This document shows, piece after piece, positions 63,437-64,000 of a stretch of 64,000 nt of DNA. The notes under the pieces were generated by a model that was not told the DNA's origin, did not search any database, and saw nothing but the letters and a program-made list of their open reading frames with translations. The stretch's first letter is position 1, and the number at the start of each line of letters is the position of its first letter. The DNA is from Candidatus Woesebacteria bacterium (GTDB lineage Bacteria > Patescibacteriota > Microgenomatia > UBA8517): the NCBI GenBank assembly GCA_013426185.1, contig CP058602.1:74231-138230 (forward strand). Reading direction: 5' to 3'. A program made the translations under genes and the position numbers.

Positions 63437-63913
63437 ATGTTTAAGAATAATCTGAAGGAAAAGGGATTTACTTTAATCGAGATGCTTGTTGTTATTGCTC
63501 TTTTTGCGGGTCTTGCTGTTTTGGTGGGTAGTATGGTGGGCTCATCCATGAAGGGAACGAAGAAAAGTGAATCGGTGATGAAAGTTAGAGCGGAGCTTGA
63601 AAATGCCGTTTCTATTTTAGAGAGGTCTTTAAGAGAAGCTAAAAAAGATTCGGTTATATGTAATGGCAATAGTACTGTTTCTTTTACTGATCAAAATGGT
63701 TTTAATGTTACTCTCAGTTGCTTGCCCCTTAGTAAGAACAGTGTTGAACTCATTAATAGTTCAAATATAAACTTAACAGCTTGTAACTTTGATTGCACTA
63801 ATCTCTCGAAAGGTGTTGTAGTTATAACTCTTACTGGCAGTAGTGCAAGTTCTAGTGGTGTTGAGGCTGACATTGCTACTGTTTCGGCGAGGGTTGTTTT
63901 AAGAAATTACTAG
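63437..63913 (+). CDS. minor pilin/pseudopilin-like protein
   Basis: KGFTLIEMLVVIALFAGLA; ATG 63437 preferred to overlapping 63365 start. Confidence 0.7.
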   Translation: MFKNNLKEKGFTLIEMLVVIALFAGLAVLVGSMVGSSMKGTKKSESVMKVRAELENAVSILERSLREAKKDSVICNGNSTVSFTDQNGFNVTLSCLPLSKNSVELINSSNINLTACNFDCTNLSKGVVVITLTGSSASSSGVEADIATVSARVVLRNY

Positions 63914-64000
63914 GCTGAATTTTTGTAATTTGGCTGGCTCTTGACTTTGCTTTTATTTATTTCTAAACTGAATTAATCTATGCGATACCCTGCCAAGCTC

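Overview
This window reads as a compact, gene-dense bacterial segment with streamlined, Patescibacteria/CPR-like gene content. That placement is an inference from gene content and organisation only; there is no rRNA in the window.

Features. Most genes are housekeeping and sit on the + strand: ybeY, dnaX, ybaB, recR, cysS, ddl, a murF-like Mur ligase, ychF, folD, rpsB-tsf-frr-rseP-proS, rpsF-ssb-rpsR, ctpA, htrA, a short prfA, rpmE, dnaB, efp, gyrA, gyrB, a holB-like gene and an H+-pyrophosphatase. There is one tRNA-Leu(CAA), a XerC/D-like tyrosine recombinase, and a large type IV pilus locus at about 51.4-63.9 kb. That locus carries pilB, pilT, pilC, pilD and about 10 pilin-like genes, but no pilM/N/O/Q.

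Most striking observation. Essentially every operon boundary is occupied by a copy of one family of modular, low-complexity mosaic repeats. There are 15 copies of 250-640 bp, about 9% of the window, in both orientations. Each copy draws on the same set of modules:
- a tandem 8-mer CCGAYATC array;
- a gtattatgtattatgca motif, followed either by GTAGAAA/GTAGTAA heptamers or, in a second variant, by a long palindrome of about 56 nt;
- an AT-rich ataatctataatcc / ttttgacttttgagtttt array;
- an aatttggaatttg array containing a conserved ccctgaacc...ggttcaggg hairpin;
- a ccctttgttctttgttcta module.
I cannot match this to a repeat family I know.

Other points taken up in the findings:
- the transporter gene at 25282-26187 is bracketed by inverted copies of the repeat;
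- the H+-PPase C-terminus is encoded by repeat sequence;
- RF1 lacks domain 1;
- there is a ~730 bp ORF-free AT-rich region beside the xer gene with a dif-like 28-bp site;
- the 5' end of ychF is duplicated upstream of the gene;
- the pilin array is a paralogous family with a shared RDAxRKSDL motif and Cys-rich variable C-termini;
- a multi-TM/TPR protein between pilin and pilD is a candidate pilin glycosyltransferase.
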